A stretch of 64,000 nucleotides of DNA, taken from Aulosira sp. ZfuVER01 (GTDB lineage Bacteria; Cyanobacteriota; Cyanobacteriia; Cyanobacteriales; Nostocaceae). The position numbers were made by a program, and so were the translations under genes. The notes below the pieces were generated by a model. It was given only the letters and a program-made list of their open reading frames with translations. It ran no database searches and was not told the DNA's origin. Below are positions 28,390-38,150 of this stretch, one piece after another; within the stretch, counting starts at the first letter, position 1; each line of letters starts with the position of its first letter. The stretch lies in the NCBI GenBank assembly GCA_034530615.2, contig JAVRCV020000032.1, positions 32,001 through 96,000 on the forward strand, in the 5' to 3' direction.

Positions 28390-31300
28390 CTAAAACGAAT
28401 GCCAAACCCGATAAAACGCTAAATAATCCATATTCTCTGCACAGTGCCAGAGTAATTTATAACATTCACGACATAGTTCTAATTTAGAGTCTTGAGATTT
28501 ATCAAAACAGCAATTCTTCAAAGATGCAATTACTTTTGGTAACTGTTCATTTAACAGAATTTCTTTTAAATTATCTGCTGTTCGTTTGCGCAGGTTTAGA
28601 CTTTGGGTTGACTTAATTAGCTGCAATAAAGTGGTGAATGCTACTAAATTGCCTGGCTCAAGTTGTGCTAATTTATAAGCCTTGCGTCTTTTGGTATCTT
28701 CATCCTCTGTTGAGGCGATACCTCGGAGTAATTCGGCAATTTTGGTGTTGATAGAGTAATGAGTTGAGGGAGTAGATTGTTCTTTACCCTTACTTCTTAG
28801 ATTCCGGTTTGAAGGGAGAGAAGTAGTTTTGGAACTGCTTTTTAGCTTCCTATCAAAGTGAGATTCTTCACCATCAAGCGTGGCTAAATTTTCTAATGCT
28901 TGTCGTTTTTGGGATAAATCGATTGCAGATTCAGCGATTTTTTTGAGTGTGGAGATTGCAATTACATTATTAGCATCGATTTTTCCTAAACTATAAGCGG
29001 CTTTACGACGGGTAGATTCATTCTTGCTAGACTCGATAATTTCAATCAAAGCGGCGATCGCAATTTTGTTACCTGGATCGACTCTGCCTAAACTATATGC
29101 CGCCTGCCAGCGAATTGATTCGTAGCGGAGAGTGTTGGCGATTTGTTCTAATGCGGCGATCGCAATTTTGTTACCCGGCTCAAAAACCTTTCCCAAACTG
29201 TAAGCTGCATTCCAGGTGTCGAAGTCGTTTTGGCTAGATTTGATGAATTTTTCTAAAGCTGCGATCGCTTTTGGGCGATCGGTTTTTAATAATGCTACTC
29301 GCGCACATTCAACAATTGGTGGTGGATATCTCAATGGCTTTTGGTTTTTATCTTGGTCTTGAAACTCGCAATAGCCAAAACGCCACTCTACTAATTGTTC
29401 AACAATTTCATCGGCTTTTTGGCAATCTGCAAACTCGGCAATTCCTTGTGCAGCAATAAAATAAGCTTGATGGCGATAATATCCCCCACATTCGTCAGGA
29501 AAATCAATTAATGCTTGGATAAATTCTTCTTTGTGCGCCTGTGGGATGTCATCTCTACCCAACCACAGCAAAATTACTTCTCGCCACTCGGATGCAAAAA
29601 TGCGGTAACTGAGGTTATCTAATGTGTAATTTAAGAAAAAATGCCAATCACTAACAGCTTGTGCGGCAAAATATTCTTGAAACGTGGGATGGTAAAAAGC
29701 ATAAACTTTTTCCCCTTGAGTTTCTGATATACCAACTTGATTGAGCCAACCTAACTGTAATGCCAATTGAAATAAGCCATCATCAGGATGTCCCAAAACC
29801 TGACAAACAAAGCGATGTCGCAAACGAAACTTAGTTTTTTCTTGGGTTATGGCTAACAGTGCTAATTCTCCCAGTCCCCTATTTAACTGCTGTCGCTGGC
29901 TTAAAGTCGTAGGGAAGCGATCCTGTTTCCATTCGTAAATTGACTCTACAAACTGTTCATACAGCATTGCTTTGGTGTTAGGCAAATTGCCCCGTGCTAG
30001 CCCCCAAGTACGGCACAATAGAGCTAATCGCAGGGGATTTTTCACCGCATCCTTCAGCCGTCGCCGTTCCGGTTGATCTAACTCTGCTTGTAAACTCTCT
30101 CCACAAGCGGGATTATCTTGAAACCACCGCCGAATAAACTCTCCGACTTGATTGTATAAACTTTGGGAACGCCAGGAAAATTCTTTGCCATAACTAAAAT
30201 TTAGGTTGCGATAGGTGTTAAAAGATTGCAGCGCATTTTTACCCCCATCCCAAACATTCAGCCGACAAGTCAAAATTATCCTTGCATCTGCTACCCAACC
30301 TGTTAAATAACTAGCAATTTTACTTAAGGCTTGGCTAAATTCCAAAGCCATTTCATCCACTGCATCTAATAGCAGCCAAACCCGTCCTTGATTAAACTGT
30401 TCGCAGAATGCTTCCTCGATTTCTTCAGAAACACGTAGCTTGCGAAAAGCTGTAGGTAGCCAATCTTGAATTAAGTACTGTTCCAAAGTTTTACTTTGTA
30501 AGTCTGCCAAATCAATCCATACGGCTAAATCTTCAGTATTATCTAAAACCCATGCAGCAATTTTTTGTAGTAAAGTAGTTTTTCCGGCTCCTGGTTCTCC
30601 GACTATTGCAATGCGATGATTTTGTTGTTCCCCTAATAGTTGTTGGAGAAATTGCTCATGGTTGAAAGTCTCAGTAATTTCCGCATCTTCTGGTTCATAT
30701 AACCGCGAACCTTCTTGCGGAGTTACATCACCACGCTGACGCAGCCGATGTTTGCGTTCAACCAATCCCAAAGGCACATAAACTTGATCTAACTCAAAAC
30801 TGACACCATCAGCGCTAGTGAGAGGATTGGTTGTAAGTCGTTGGTGATTTTGCGCTTTTAAAGCATTACAGCAAAGCTTTTGCCAATCAAGTTGCGAAGA
30901 TGAGTCTCCCCCTTGTCCCCCTTGTCCCCCTTGTCCCCCTTGTCCCCCTTGTCCTCCCTGTCCCCTTGTCCCCCCATCATCCCCCGCCACCTGCTTCGAC
31001 TTCTCCGGCCTGCGGCGTTCCCATTCAAGATCGAATTTTTGTAAATTGGCTTCTATATCTTGGCGTTTATGCCAGATGTTGAGGGTAAAGTGCCAAGTTT
31101 CCGAACCGCCGCGAGATGGACGATTATCTTCGAGAATTTCTAAGAAATCTGCGAACCGCTTTAAAGCTTCTTTAATTTGTTCAGCGTTTAATTGCTCCTC
31201 CCTTAACGCTAAAGTTGTCAATGCTTGTAAAAATCGCACTTTTGTTCTGACAACCAGCCGATTTTCAGATAACCAACGAGTTTGGATTTGGGGACGCAAT

Positions 31301-31416
31301 GCATCTAAAGTTGCTTCATCCCTAGAGGCGATCGCATCATTAGCGTAAGCTAACAATACCTCTAATAAGCGCCGCGATCGCTTTTTTGCTTCTGGGCCAT
31401 AACTCGGTCTTGCCAT
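28390..31416 (-). CDS. NACHT-family STAND NTPase with C-terminal HEAT repeats
   Basis: GEPGAGKTT Walker A, LLLDAVDE Walker B, NPLRL, FYHPTFQEYFAA; repeated R..AAYSLG.I.PGN..AI. Confidence 0.9.
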   Translation of the reverse strand: MARPSYGPEAKKRSRRLLEVLLAYANDAIASRDEATLDALRPQIQTRWLSENRLVVRTKVRFLQALTTLALREEQLNAEQIKEALKRFADFLEILEDNRPSRGGSETWHFTLNIWHKRQDIEANLQKFDLEWERRRPEKSKQVAGDDGGTRGQGGQGGQGGQGGQGGQGGDSSSQLDWQKLCCNALKAQNHQRLTTNPLTSADGVSFELDQVYVPLGLVERKHRLRQRGDVTPQEGSRLYEPEDAEITETFNHEQFLQQLLGEQQNHRIAIVGEPGAGKTTLLQKIAAWVLDNTEDLAVWIDLADLQSKTLEQYLIQDWLPTAFRKLRVSEEIEEAFCEQFNQGRVWLLLDAVDEMALEFSQALSKIASYLTGWVADARIILTCRLNVWDGGKNALQSFNTYRNLNFSYGKEFSWRSQSLYNQVGEFIRRWFQDNPACGESLQAELDQPERRRLKDAVKNPLRLALLCRTWGLARGNLPNTKAMLYEQFVESIYEWKQDRFPTTLSQRQQLNRGLGELALLAITQEKTKFRLRHRFVCQVLGHPDDGLFQLALQLGWLNQVGISETQGEKVYAFYHPTFQEYFAAQAVSDWHFFLNYTLDNLSYRIFASEWREVILLWLGRDDIPQAHKEEFIQALIDFPDECGGYYRHQAYFIAAQGIAEFADCQKADEIVEQLVEWRFGYCEFQDQDKNQKPLRYPPPIVECARVALLKTDRPKAIAALEKFIKSSQNDFDTWNAAYSLGKVFEPGNKIAIAALEQIANTLRYESIRWQAAYSLGRVDPGNKIAIAALIEIIESSKNESTRRKAAYSLGKIDANNVIAISTLKKIAESAIDLSQKRQALENLATLDGEESHFDRKLKSSSKTTSLPSNRNLRSKGKEQSTPSTHYSINTKIAELLRGIASTEDEDTKRRKAYKLAQLEPGNLVAFTTLLQLIKSTQSLNLRKRTADNLKEILLNEQLPKVIASLKNCCFDKSQDSKLELCRECYKLLWHCAENMDYLAFYRVWHSF
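30908..30975. repeat. In-frame 9-bp tandem repeat (GGACAAGGG) inside the NACHT gene, encoding (GQG)n
   Basis: CCCCCTTGT repeats. Similar units occur intergenically near 57200 and 63045. Confidence 0.85.
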
Positions 31417-31500
31417 CGCTGTATTTCTAGGACTGGAAGAAGTTCGCTTAATTATCCAAGTTTAGCAACTTCCCTGAAAGTCTCAACGCAGTCTGGTGCA

Positions 31501-31700
31501 TTGTTAATACATGGCGTCGTCTTGTTAATGCATCGGGTCGCATTGTTAATACATGGCGTCGTCTTGTTAATACATGGCGTCGTCTTGTTAATGCATCGGG
31601 TCGCATTGTTAATGCATGGCGTCGTTTTGTTAATGCATGGCGTCGTCTTGTTAATGCATCGGGTCGCATTGTTAATGCATCGGGTCGCATTGTTAATGTA
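31501..31700. repeat. 21-bp tandem array, 9 full units of two variants plus a partial unit
   Basis: A=TTGTTAATRCATGGCGTCGTY, B=TTGTTAATGCATCGGGTCGCA, order A B A A B A A B B. Confidence 0.95.
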
Positions 31701-31754
31701 TTGTTTGTAGCGGAGACTAAGAGCCAATTTTCCTGGCGGATAATCTCAACAACG

Positions 31755-32672
31755 CTAAATTCCCTCACAAACGCTTTTAAGCATCTGTCGTAACCAACAA
31801 TTTGCTTGATCCCGATCTGTAAGTTTGCTCCACAGCATTGAAATCATCCACGGTTGTGTTTGTACAGGAAGTTCAAAAATTTTTAATGTGCCTTGACATA
31901 CAAACGGTGCTACTAATCGTGAAGGAACAGCAGCAACCAAGTCACTCGCAGAAATGATTGCAGGTAGCACTAGTAAATGAGGAGTCGTCAAAACAACTCG
32001 ACGTTGGAAATTGTACTCAGCCAGCACCTTATCGATTTCGCCTACTTCATCTTGTCTGATAGTAAAAAGAGCATGGTGAAGATTAGCAAAGATTTCTGGT
32101 GCGATAGTATCCTGAGTAATAAGCGGATGTTTAGGGCGACAGATGCCGACAAAGTGTTCTGAAAATAATGGCATCTGCATTGTTTGTCTGGGTGGGTTTT
32201 GGAAAACACCCAAAGCTAAATCTATCTCTCGTTGTTCTAAGAGTTCTCCCACATCGTCTTTGGCAAAACCAATCAATCGAAAATTAATGTTTGGTGCAAT
32301 TCGGTGACAAACTTCCAGAAGCTTAGGCATTACAACAAAGCTAGCGTAATCTGAAGTGCCAATTGTAAAAGTAGTTTTAGAAGTTGTTGAGTCAAATGTT
32401 TGACTCACTTCCAATGTCTGCCGAATTTGTTGTAGGGCAGCTTTTATACCTGGAGCAATTGCCATAGCTTTGGCTGTGGGCTGCATTTCTCTGCCCAGCC
32501 GGATAAATAACTCATCTTGGAATAGTGTACGTAATCTTCCCAAAGCCGCACTCATAGCTGGTTGCCCTAAATACAATCGTGTTGCGGCATCTGTGACGCT
32601 CCTTTCTTCAAAAAGCGCTTCAAAGGCGACAAGAAGATTTAGATCAATAGCAGATAAATCTATTAATCCCAT
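31755..32672 (-). CDS. LysR-family transcriptional regulator
   Basis: DLNLL..F.AL.EERSVT.AA.RL...QPAMS.AL.RLR HTH; substrate-binding domain. Confidence 0.95.
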   Translation of the reverse strand: MGLIDLSAIDLNLLVAFEALFEERSVTDAATRLYLGQPAMSAALGRLRTLFQDELFIRLGREMQPTAKAMAIAPGIKAALQQIRQTLEVSQTFDSTTSKTTFTIGTSDYASFVVMPKLLEVCHRIAPNINFRLIGFAKDDVGELLEQREIDLALGVFQNPPRQTMQMPLFSEHFVGICRPKHPLITQDTIAPEIFANLHHALFTIRQDEVGEIDKVLAEYNFQRRVVLTTPHLLVLPAIISASDLVAAVPSRLVAPFVCQGTLKIFELPVQTQPWMISMLWSKLTDRDQANCWLRQMLKSVCEGI

Positions 32673-32757
32673 TGATTAAATGTATTATTCCAATCAATTT
32701 GATTAATTTACTACATCTCAGTAAAGTGAAACTAAAAGTTGTTGAAAATTTATCAAA

Positions 32758-33504
32758 ATGACAACCCTAAGAAAGATTGCTGTAGTTACAGGTAGCAATC
32801 GCGGGCTAGGATATGCAATATCGCGTAAATTATCTCAAATTGGCATTCATGTTGTTCTAACAAGCCGGAATGAAACAAATGGTCTTGCTGTCAAGCAGCA
32901 ACTATCTAGTGAAGGGCTTGATGTGAACTATCACATACTAGATGTCACTAGTGATACGAGTGTGGCACAGTTTACTCAATGGCTTCAGGAAATCTACGGT
33001 AGGATAGATATTTTAGTGAACAATGCCGGCATTAATCCCACAATCAAGCCGGAAGAATCTAGTTTATTAACTGTTCAACTAGAAACGCTGCGCTCTACAT
33101 TTGACACTAATGTCATAGCGCTCCTGAGAGTTTCTCAAGCATTAATTCCGTTGATGAAGATTCACAATTATGGGCGCATTGTTAATGTTTCAACCGAAAT
33201 GGCATCTCTGGGTACAATTCCTAGTGACTTCTACCCTTTAGCGCCTTCCTATCGACTGTCTAAATTAGGGGTGAACGGGCTAACTGTCCTGCTAGCTAAG
33301 GAACTGCTTGGTGCTAATATTCTCGTTAATGCCTATTCTCCAGGTTGGATGAAAACCGATATGGGAGGTGAGAATGCGCCGTTTACCGCAGAAGAAGGAG
33401 CAAAAACTGCTGTCTATTTAGCAACGCTTCCAGATGGGGGAGCGCAAGGACAATTTTTTGCAGAGATACGGAAGTTTGGCGGGCCGATTCAATTACATTG
33501 GTAG
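32758..33504 (+). CDS. SDR family oxidoreductase (carbonyl-reductase-like)
   Basis: TGSNRGLG, NNAG, YRLSK, PGW.KTDM. Confidence 0.93.
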   Translation: MTTLRKIAVVTGSNRGLGYAISRKLSQIGIHVVLTSRNETNGLAVKQQLSSEGLDVNYHILDVTSDTSVAQFTQWLQEIYGRIDILVNNAGINPTIKPEESSLLTVQLETLRSTFDTNVIALLRVSQALIPLMKIHNYGRIVNVSTEMASLGTIPSDFYPLAPSYRLSKLGVNGLTVLLAKELLGANILVNAYSPGWMKTDMGGENAPFTAEEGAKTAVYLATLPDGGAQGQFFAEIRKFGGPIQLHW

Positions 33505-33510
33505 GTTTTT

Positions 33511-34425
33511 ATGGGAAATTCAGCAATGTTACCTCCGATTTACGCGGATACGCCGATAGAATTGGCTCCTGCCAAAATTATTACCTCGTTTCCAGTCAAT
33601 ACTTTCTTAGAAAATTTGGCGATCGCTCCAGATGGCACAATATTTGTGACTAATCATGAGGTGGGCGAGATTGTACGCATTACTCCAGATGGCAATCAGC
33701 AGATTTATGCCAGTGTTGAAGGTAAAGTCAGCGGTTTGGCTTTCACTAGTAATGGCGATTTAGTGGCAACTGGATGGAATGCTGATTCTATACCAGTAGT
33801 CTCATTAATTACCGCAGATGGCACAGTAGAAACGTTGCTAAAACTGCCAGATGCAACATTTCTCAATGGGATTACGCCACTTTCTCACACTCAGTATTTA
33901 GCCGCAGATTCTTACCGAGGTGTAATTTGGTTAATTGATATTGCCCAACGCCATAGCTCAATTTGGCTAGAACATTCTTTACTGGCTCGTAGCAATCCAG
34001 AAAACGTCATTCCTGCTGCTAATGGTTTGAAGCGTTTTGGTAACTTCCTTTACGTTTCCAACACGGAAAAGATGTTGCTGTTACGGATTCCTCTTAGCCT
34101 GACAAATGAACCCAGTGAGCCAGAAATCTTTTTGGAGCTAACCAATATTGATGACTTTGCATTTGACGTAGAAGGCAACCTTTACGGAGCAACGCACATT
34201 TATAACAGCGTTGTGAAGATTACACCAGATGGCAAAACAACTATTATTGCTCAAGCCGAACAAGGTGTAATTGGCAGTACAGCAGTTGCTTTTGGTCAAA
34301 CTCAAAGCGAACGCACCGCTATCTATGTTGTGATGAATGGGGGAATGTTTTTACCGCCTCCTACAGGTGTAGTTCCTGCTAACGTTGTGCGAATTGAGGT
34401 CGGAAAAGCTGGGTACGTCTTTTAG
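33511..34425 (+). CDS. SMP-30/gluconolactonase-like beta-propeller protein
   Basis: FLENLA, FLNG, AANG and DDFAFD.EGNLY motifs. Confidence 0.7.
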   Translation: MGNSAMLPPIYADTPIELAPAKIITSFPVNTFLENLAIAPDGTIFVTNHEVGEIVRITPDGNQQIYASVEGKVSGLAFTSNGDLVATGWNADSIPVVSLITADGTVETLLKLPDATFLNGITPLSHTQYLAADSYRGVIWLIDIAQRHSSIWLEHSLLARSNPENVIPAANGLKRFGNFLYVSNTEKMLLLRIPLSLTNEPSEPEIFLELTNIDDFAFDVEGNLYGATHIYNSVVKITPDGKTTIIAQAEQGVIGSTAVAFGQTQSERTAIYVVMNGGMFLPPPTGVVPANVVRIEVGKAGYVF

Positions 34426-34447
34426 TAGCTTGATGGTGAAATAACCG

Positions 34448-35002
34448 ATGGAAATGGAACAAGAAGATCAAATTGTCACCGTGGTCATTTCACAAATTGT
34501 CAAACCAGGATGCGAAATTGCTTATGAGGCGTGGTTAAAAGAAATTACCAGTGTTTCTAGAACATATCTTGGTCATTTAGGGACAAATGTGATTCGACCA
34601 CAACCAGGTGTGCAACTAGAATATGTAATTATTTTTCGGTTTGACAGCTATGAAAATTTAAAGGCGTGGATGACATCACGCGATCGCGAATATTGGCTCG
34701 CTCAAGGTCAACATTTGGTTCAATCTGACCCTCATGTTCAACAAATTAGTGGATTAGAAGCTTGGTTTTCTCATCCTGGTAAACCATTAAAGACTCCACC
34801 ACGTTATAAAACAGCATTACTAACTTGGGCAGTTGTATATGTCTTAATTAACTTGTTAAATCGGCTTCTAGTACCCCTGCTTGGCAATTTACCTCCTTTA
34901 ATTACTTCATTGATCGTTTCCGTTATTATGGTTGTACTGTTGACCTATGTTGTCATGCCAAAGGTGACTCGTCTGTTTAGCCCTTGGCTATATGGGAAAT
35001 GA
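34448..35002 (+). CDS. Antibiotic-biosynthesis-monooxygenase-like domain + two TM helices
   Basis: VKPG.E..YE.W, FRFD...L.AW..S, GLE.WF, PPRYK, MP..TRL...WL. Confidence 0.8.
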   Translation: MEMEQEDQIVTVVISQIVKPGCEIAYEAWLKEITSVSRTYLGHLGTNVIRPQPGVQLEYVIIFRFDSYENLKAWMTSRDREYWLAQGQHLVQSDPHVQQISGLEAWFSHPGKPLKTPPRYKTALLTWAVVYVLINLLNRLLVPLLGNLPPLITSLIVSVIMVVLLTYVVMPKVTRLFSPWLYGK

Positions 35003-35186
35003 TGGTAAGTTGCAAAAGTTAAATCAGTTGAAACTAAACTAGTGGACTGACACGGCTAATTTAGTGTATTAGCGAAGAGAAAATAAACCGCCCATGTACG
35101 CCGATAAACACCGATGAAATGGATTTTTGTTATTGCACTATATTGATCTGTGTCAGTCCACTACAATCCTAATTGCAGTGAGGAAT

Positions 35187-36788
35187 TTATTTTTCAGGTG
35201 TCAAATCTACACTGTAAAGAGTTTCCCCTTTCAAGTTAAGCAATGCCACTGTCATCACATTTGTATAACTATTGATTTTGACTGTACCAAAGAATTGCAA
35301 ACCTTCACTTGGGGGTCGATTTGCTTTTGTACCTGCGGGAATACTCACAAATTTCACTTGCGGCCCAAAAGTATTTTCCAATTGGTTCGGCCCGAATGTG
35401 CCTGAATTCAGAGGCCCGGCGACAAATTCCCAAAAGGGCTTGAAGTCAGTACACTGTGCTTTAGCCGGATCGTAATAGTGGGCTGCGGCATAATGCACAT
35501 CAGCAGTTAACCAAACTACATTTTTGATATAGTTGCGTTTAATAAAACGTAGTAAGCCAGCGAGTTCGAGTTCCCTACCTAAAGCTGGGCCATCTCCATT
35601 CGCCCAAGCTTCAAAGTTGGTACTACCATCTCGAATTATCAATCCTAAAGGCATATCACTAGCAATTACTTTCCAGGTAGCTTTTGATTTGAGCAATTGC
35701 TGTTTCAACCAGCGTATTTGTTTGCTACCTAAAAATTCTGTGTCTTGACTTTTTACTGTTTGGCGATTTTCAGTGTTCGGCCCGCGGTAGCTACGCTCAT
35801 CAAGCATAAAAATTTCTAGTAATGGCCCGTAGCTAAAAGAGCGATAAATTTTCGCTTTGTCGGTTTTATCATCTTTATACCGAATGGGCATATATTCTAA
35901 AAATGCTTGCCTTGCTCTTTGGGCTAGCAAAGAAACATCTTTAACTGTATAGCGATCGTCGTTTGAAATAATCTGCCCAGGATACCAATTATTCCTCACT
36001 TCATGATCGTCCCACTGCGCAATTATAGGAACTTCAGCATTAAAGCGCCTGATATTTTCATCAAGTAAATTGTATATATAGTTACCTCTAAATTCTCTAA
36101 GAGTTTCTGCAACTTTTAATTTTTCTGGAGTGGTAATGTTTTTCCAGATAGTGCCGTCGTCCAGCGTTACTTGTGATTGAATAGGCCCATCAGCGTAAAC
36201 ATTGTCGCCGGAATGGATGAAAAAGTCAGGATTAAGTTTGCGGATGGTTTCGTAAATTTTCATCCCACCAAAATCAGGATTAATACCCCAGCCTTGTCCG
36301 GCGGTATCTCCTCCCCAAGCAAAGAAGATATCTCGCCGCTGTTTGGCGGGAGTTCGGAAAGTACCTGTAACAGGAGCGCTGTATATGTTTGGATCGGATA
36401 AATTTTGAAAGATTACCCGATAAAATATTTGCTGACCTGGGGGTAAATTTTCAAGATTCAACCGGGCTGTAAAGTCGCTATCTTCCAAAGCATTTGGCCC
36501 AAAAACACGTTGCACACGCCGGAAAGATTCGTTGGTAGAGTATTCTACAATCATCCGAGCCGGGCGATCGCTCCGACTCCAAATCAGAGCGCTATCATTG
36601 CTGATATCTCCGCAGGCTATGCCATAGGGTATGCTAGGACGCATCTTTTCAGATGTAATGATGGCAGGTGCTTGAGCAAAAACCCTTGATTTTGATAACA
36701 GATTGCTAGCTATGATGCTGCTACTTGTGAGGGCGGAACTTAGCAAAAACTGGCGACGGTTGAATTTAACTGGCGGTTGGGATTGCAT
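35187..36788 (-). CDS. phoD: Alkaline phosphatase D, Tat-exported
   Basis: NRRQFL Tat motif; SGD.VYAD, WDDHE, LDERSYR, TADVHY. Confidence 0.93.
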   Translation of the reverse strand: MQSQPPVKFNRRQFLLSSALTSSSIIASNLLSKSRVFAQAPAIITSEKMRPSIPYGIACGDISNDSALIWSRSDRPARMIVEYSTNESFRRVQRVFGPNALEDSDFTARLNLENLPPGQQIFYRVIFQNLSDPNIYSAPVTGTFRTPAKQRRDIFFAWGGDTAGQGWGINPDFGGMKIYETIRKLNPDFFIHSGDNVYADGPIQSQVTLDDGTIWKNITTPEKLKVAETLREFRGNYIYNLLDENIRRFNAEVPIIAQWDDHEVRNNWYPGQIISNDDRYTVKDVSLLAQRARQAFLEYMPIRYKDDKTDKAKIYRSFSYGPLLEIFMLDERSYRGPNTENRQTVKSQDTEFLGSKQIRWLKQQLLKSKATWKVIASDMPLGLIIRDGSTNFEAWANGDGPALGRELELAGLLRFIKRNYIKNVVWLTADVHYAAAHYYDPAKAQCTDFKPFWEFVAGPLNSGTFGPNQLENTFGPQVKFVSIPAGTKANRPPSEGLQFFGTVKINSYTNVMTVALLNLKGETLYSVDLTPEK

Positions 36789-37010
36789 AAAGTTGATGAG
36801 TTGGATTGAAGCTACAAAGAATACAAAGAAATTTGCAACTCATGTCTCACAAAAAAAGTTACAAATCTACAAAGCTTTTGTAGAGCAAAGTTAAAACACT
36901 CGCTAGGGTGAAAGTAATAAAAAAACGTAGCAATTACAAAGCAGGAATTTATCATATTCTGGTGAGATTAGTAGTAAATACCCAGTTATCAAAAAGTTAA
37001 GAAATCTTAG

Positions 37011-37205
37011 GTAGTTGGACAAAAATATTTACAGTCATTGCGAGCGAAGCGTTCGCTGAAAGCGTTCTCGTTCGACGAAGTCGTTCCCCAAGGGTAGAGT
37101 AGCAATCCCAATCCTTGCGATTGCTACCCTTCGGGAAGCCGCTTCGCGTCTACATTTCGCTTCGCTTCATTCGCAATGACGTTGTGTAATTAATTCTGTC
37201 AGACT
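37011..37205. mobile_element. Nested composite of small palindromic repeats
   Basis: Outer imperfect IR GTAGTTGGACAAAAATATTTACA / TGTAATTAATTCTGTCAGACT; inner perfect GTCATTGCGA / TCGCAATGAC; GTAGCAATC/GATTGCTAC; GC-rich inserts. Confidence 0.6.
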
Positions 37206-37238
37206 GAATGCAAGATGTGAAATTACAGTAGAAAAAAT

Positions 37239-37341
37239 TAGGGGATTCCCCTAGCTTCACTATCCTCCCCTAGCTGCCTAAGCCAGATTTTACAAGCTTT
37301 TCCACTTTTTGACACTGTGTTGGCTTAGGGGAAATTCCCTG
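37239..37341. promoter_or_regulatory. Two related palindromes upstream of the alr0857-like gene (candidate operators)
   Basis: TAGGGGATTCCCCTA (37239-37253) and TAGGGGAAATTCCCTG (37326-37341). Confidence 0.4.
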
Positions 37342-37396
37342 GAATATTCTCAAGATATAGATGAAGTAACTAAAAATTAATTATCACTCAGCCAAT

Positions 37397-37765
37397 ATGT
37401 TAAAACTTACCTACACCGAAAACAGCTTTAACTTAGAATATCTCGAAGAATCTTTAGAAGATTGGGTAAATCAAAGAGTCATTCTCACTTTGCATTCTGG
37501 GACTAATATCTACATCGAATCGAGTCAGGCTGCATTTCTTGTGTCGGCTGAATCGTCCCATCTGGCAGATCTAAAGAAACTCAATCAAGCAAATATTTTA
37601 GAAATTTGTCCTTGCGATGCCTCTGCTGTGGAAGTTATTCTTAAAGGTACTTGGATAACATCCAATTCAGAAAGCGCAACAGGTATCTTTGTCACTGTAC
37701 TAAGTAAATCTGCGGAGTTATTACTGGAAACACTCTCGCAAACCGAACAATTTTGTTACGCTTGA
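37397..37765 (+). CDS. alr0857-family conserved cyanobacterial protein
   Basis: MLKLTYTE.SF.LE.L..SLEDWV..RVIL start and EV.LKGTW....G.FV, recalled as this family. Confidence 0.75.
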   Translation: MLKLTYTENSFNLEYLEESLEDWVNQRVILTLHSGTNIYIESSQAAFLVSAESSHLADLKKLNQANILEICPCDASAVEVILKGTWITSNSESATGIFVTVLSKSAELLLETLSQTEQFCYA

Positions 37766-37790
37766 GTTACATCTTAAAGTTATTCAGTCT

Positions 37791-37875
37791 TGCTGTTCGC
37801 GGGACTCTGGTGCGACTTCCGAACCCGATCTGTGAAATCGTCCTAGCCAGTCGTGCCGCCTTTCCCCGAACAGCA
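37791..37875 (+). ncRNA. Candidate structured ncRNA / cis-element (85 nt, three nested stems, GNRA loop)
   Basis: TGCTGTTCGCGGGA/TTCCCCGAACAGCA; GGTGCGACT/AGTCGTGCC (G-U pairs form only on the + strand); CGATCT-GTGA-AATCG. GC-rich in an AT-rich intergenic region. Confidence 0.45.
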
Positions 37876-38150
37876 TCCCCATAAATCTAGAGACTTAATA
37901 CTAATTGATGAAGTGAAAATTATAAATCATTCTTAGGGTGAATTAACTTTTTAGCTTGAATTAGCCAATTATTGAAGAGTTGGTTTTTCTAAAAGCATGA
38001 TGTGTGTATGAGAGTTTAAAATCAGGGCTAATCGATGGCCATAAGATGCAATCTACAAGTAGCTAAAGATAAAGCAGCAAAATTTTACTCTCAGACTTTA
38101 GGTTCAATCCCGCTAGATTGAATAAAACTTCTTATTGGAGCAAATTAATC

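Noticed and set aside
31448..31768. CRISPR array, or the three overlapping ORFs over the 21-bp repeat
   Set aside because: Only two recurring tail variants occur and no spacers. The ORFs are by-products of a stop-free 21-bp period.
36790..37010. Pho box upstream of phoD
   Set aside because: Only isolated TTAACTT-like half-sites, with no convincing 11-bp-spaced triplet.
37791..37875. SRP RNA, tRNA, group II intron domain V or intrinsic terminator
   Set aside because: It lacks the SRP helix-8 motif, a cloverleaf, the domain V consensus and a U-tract.
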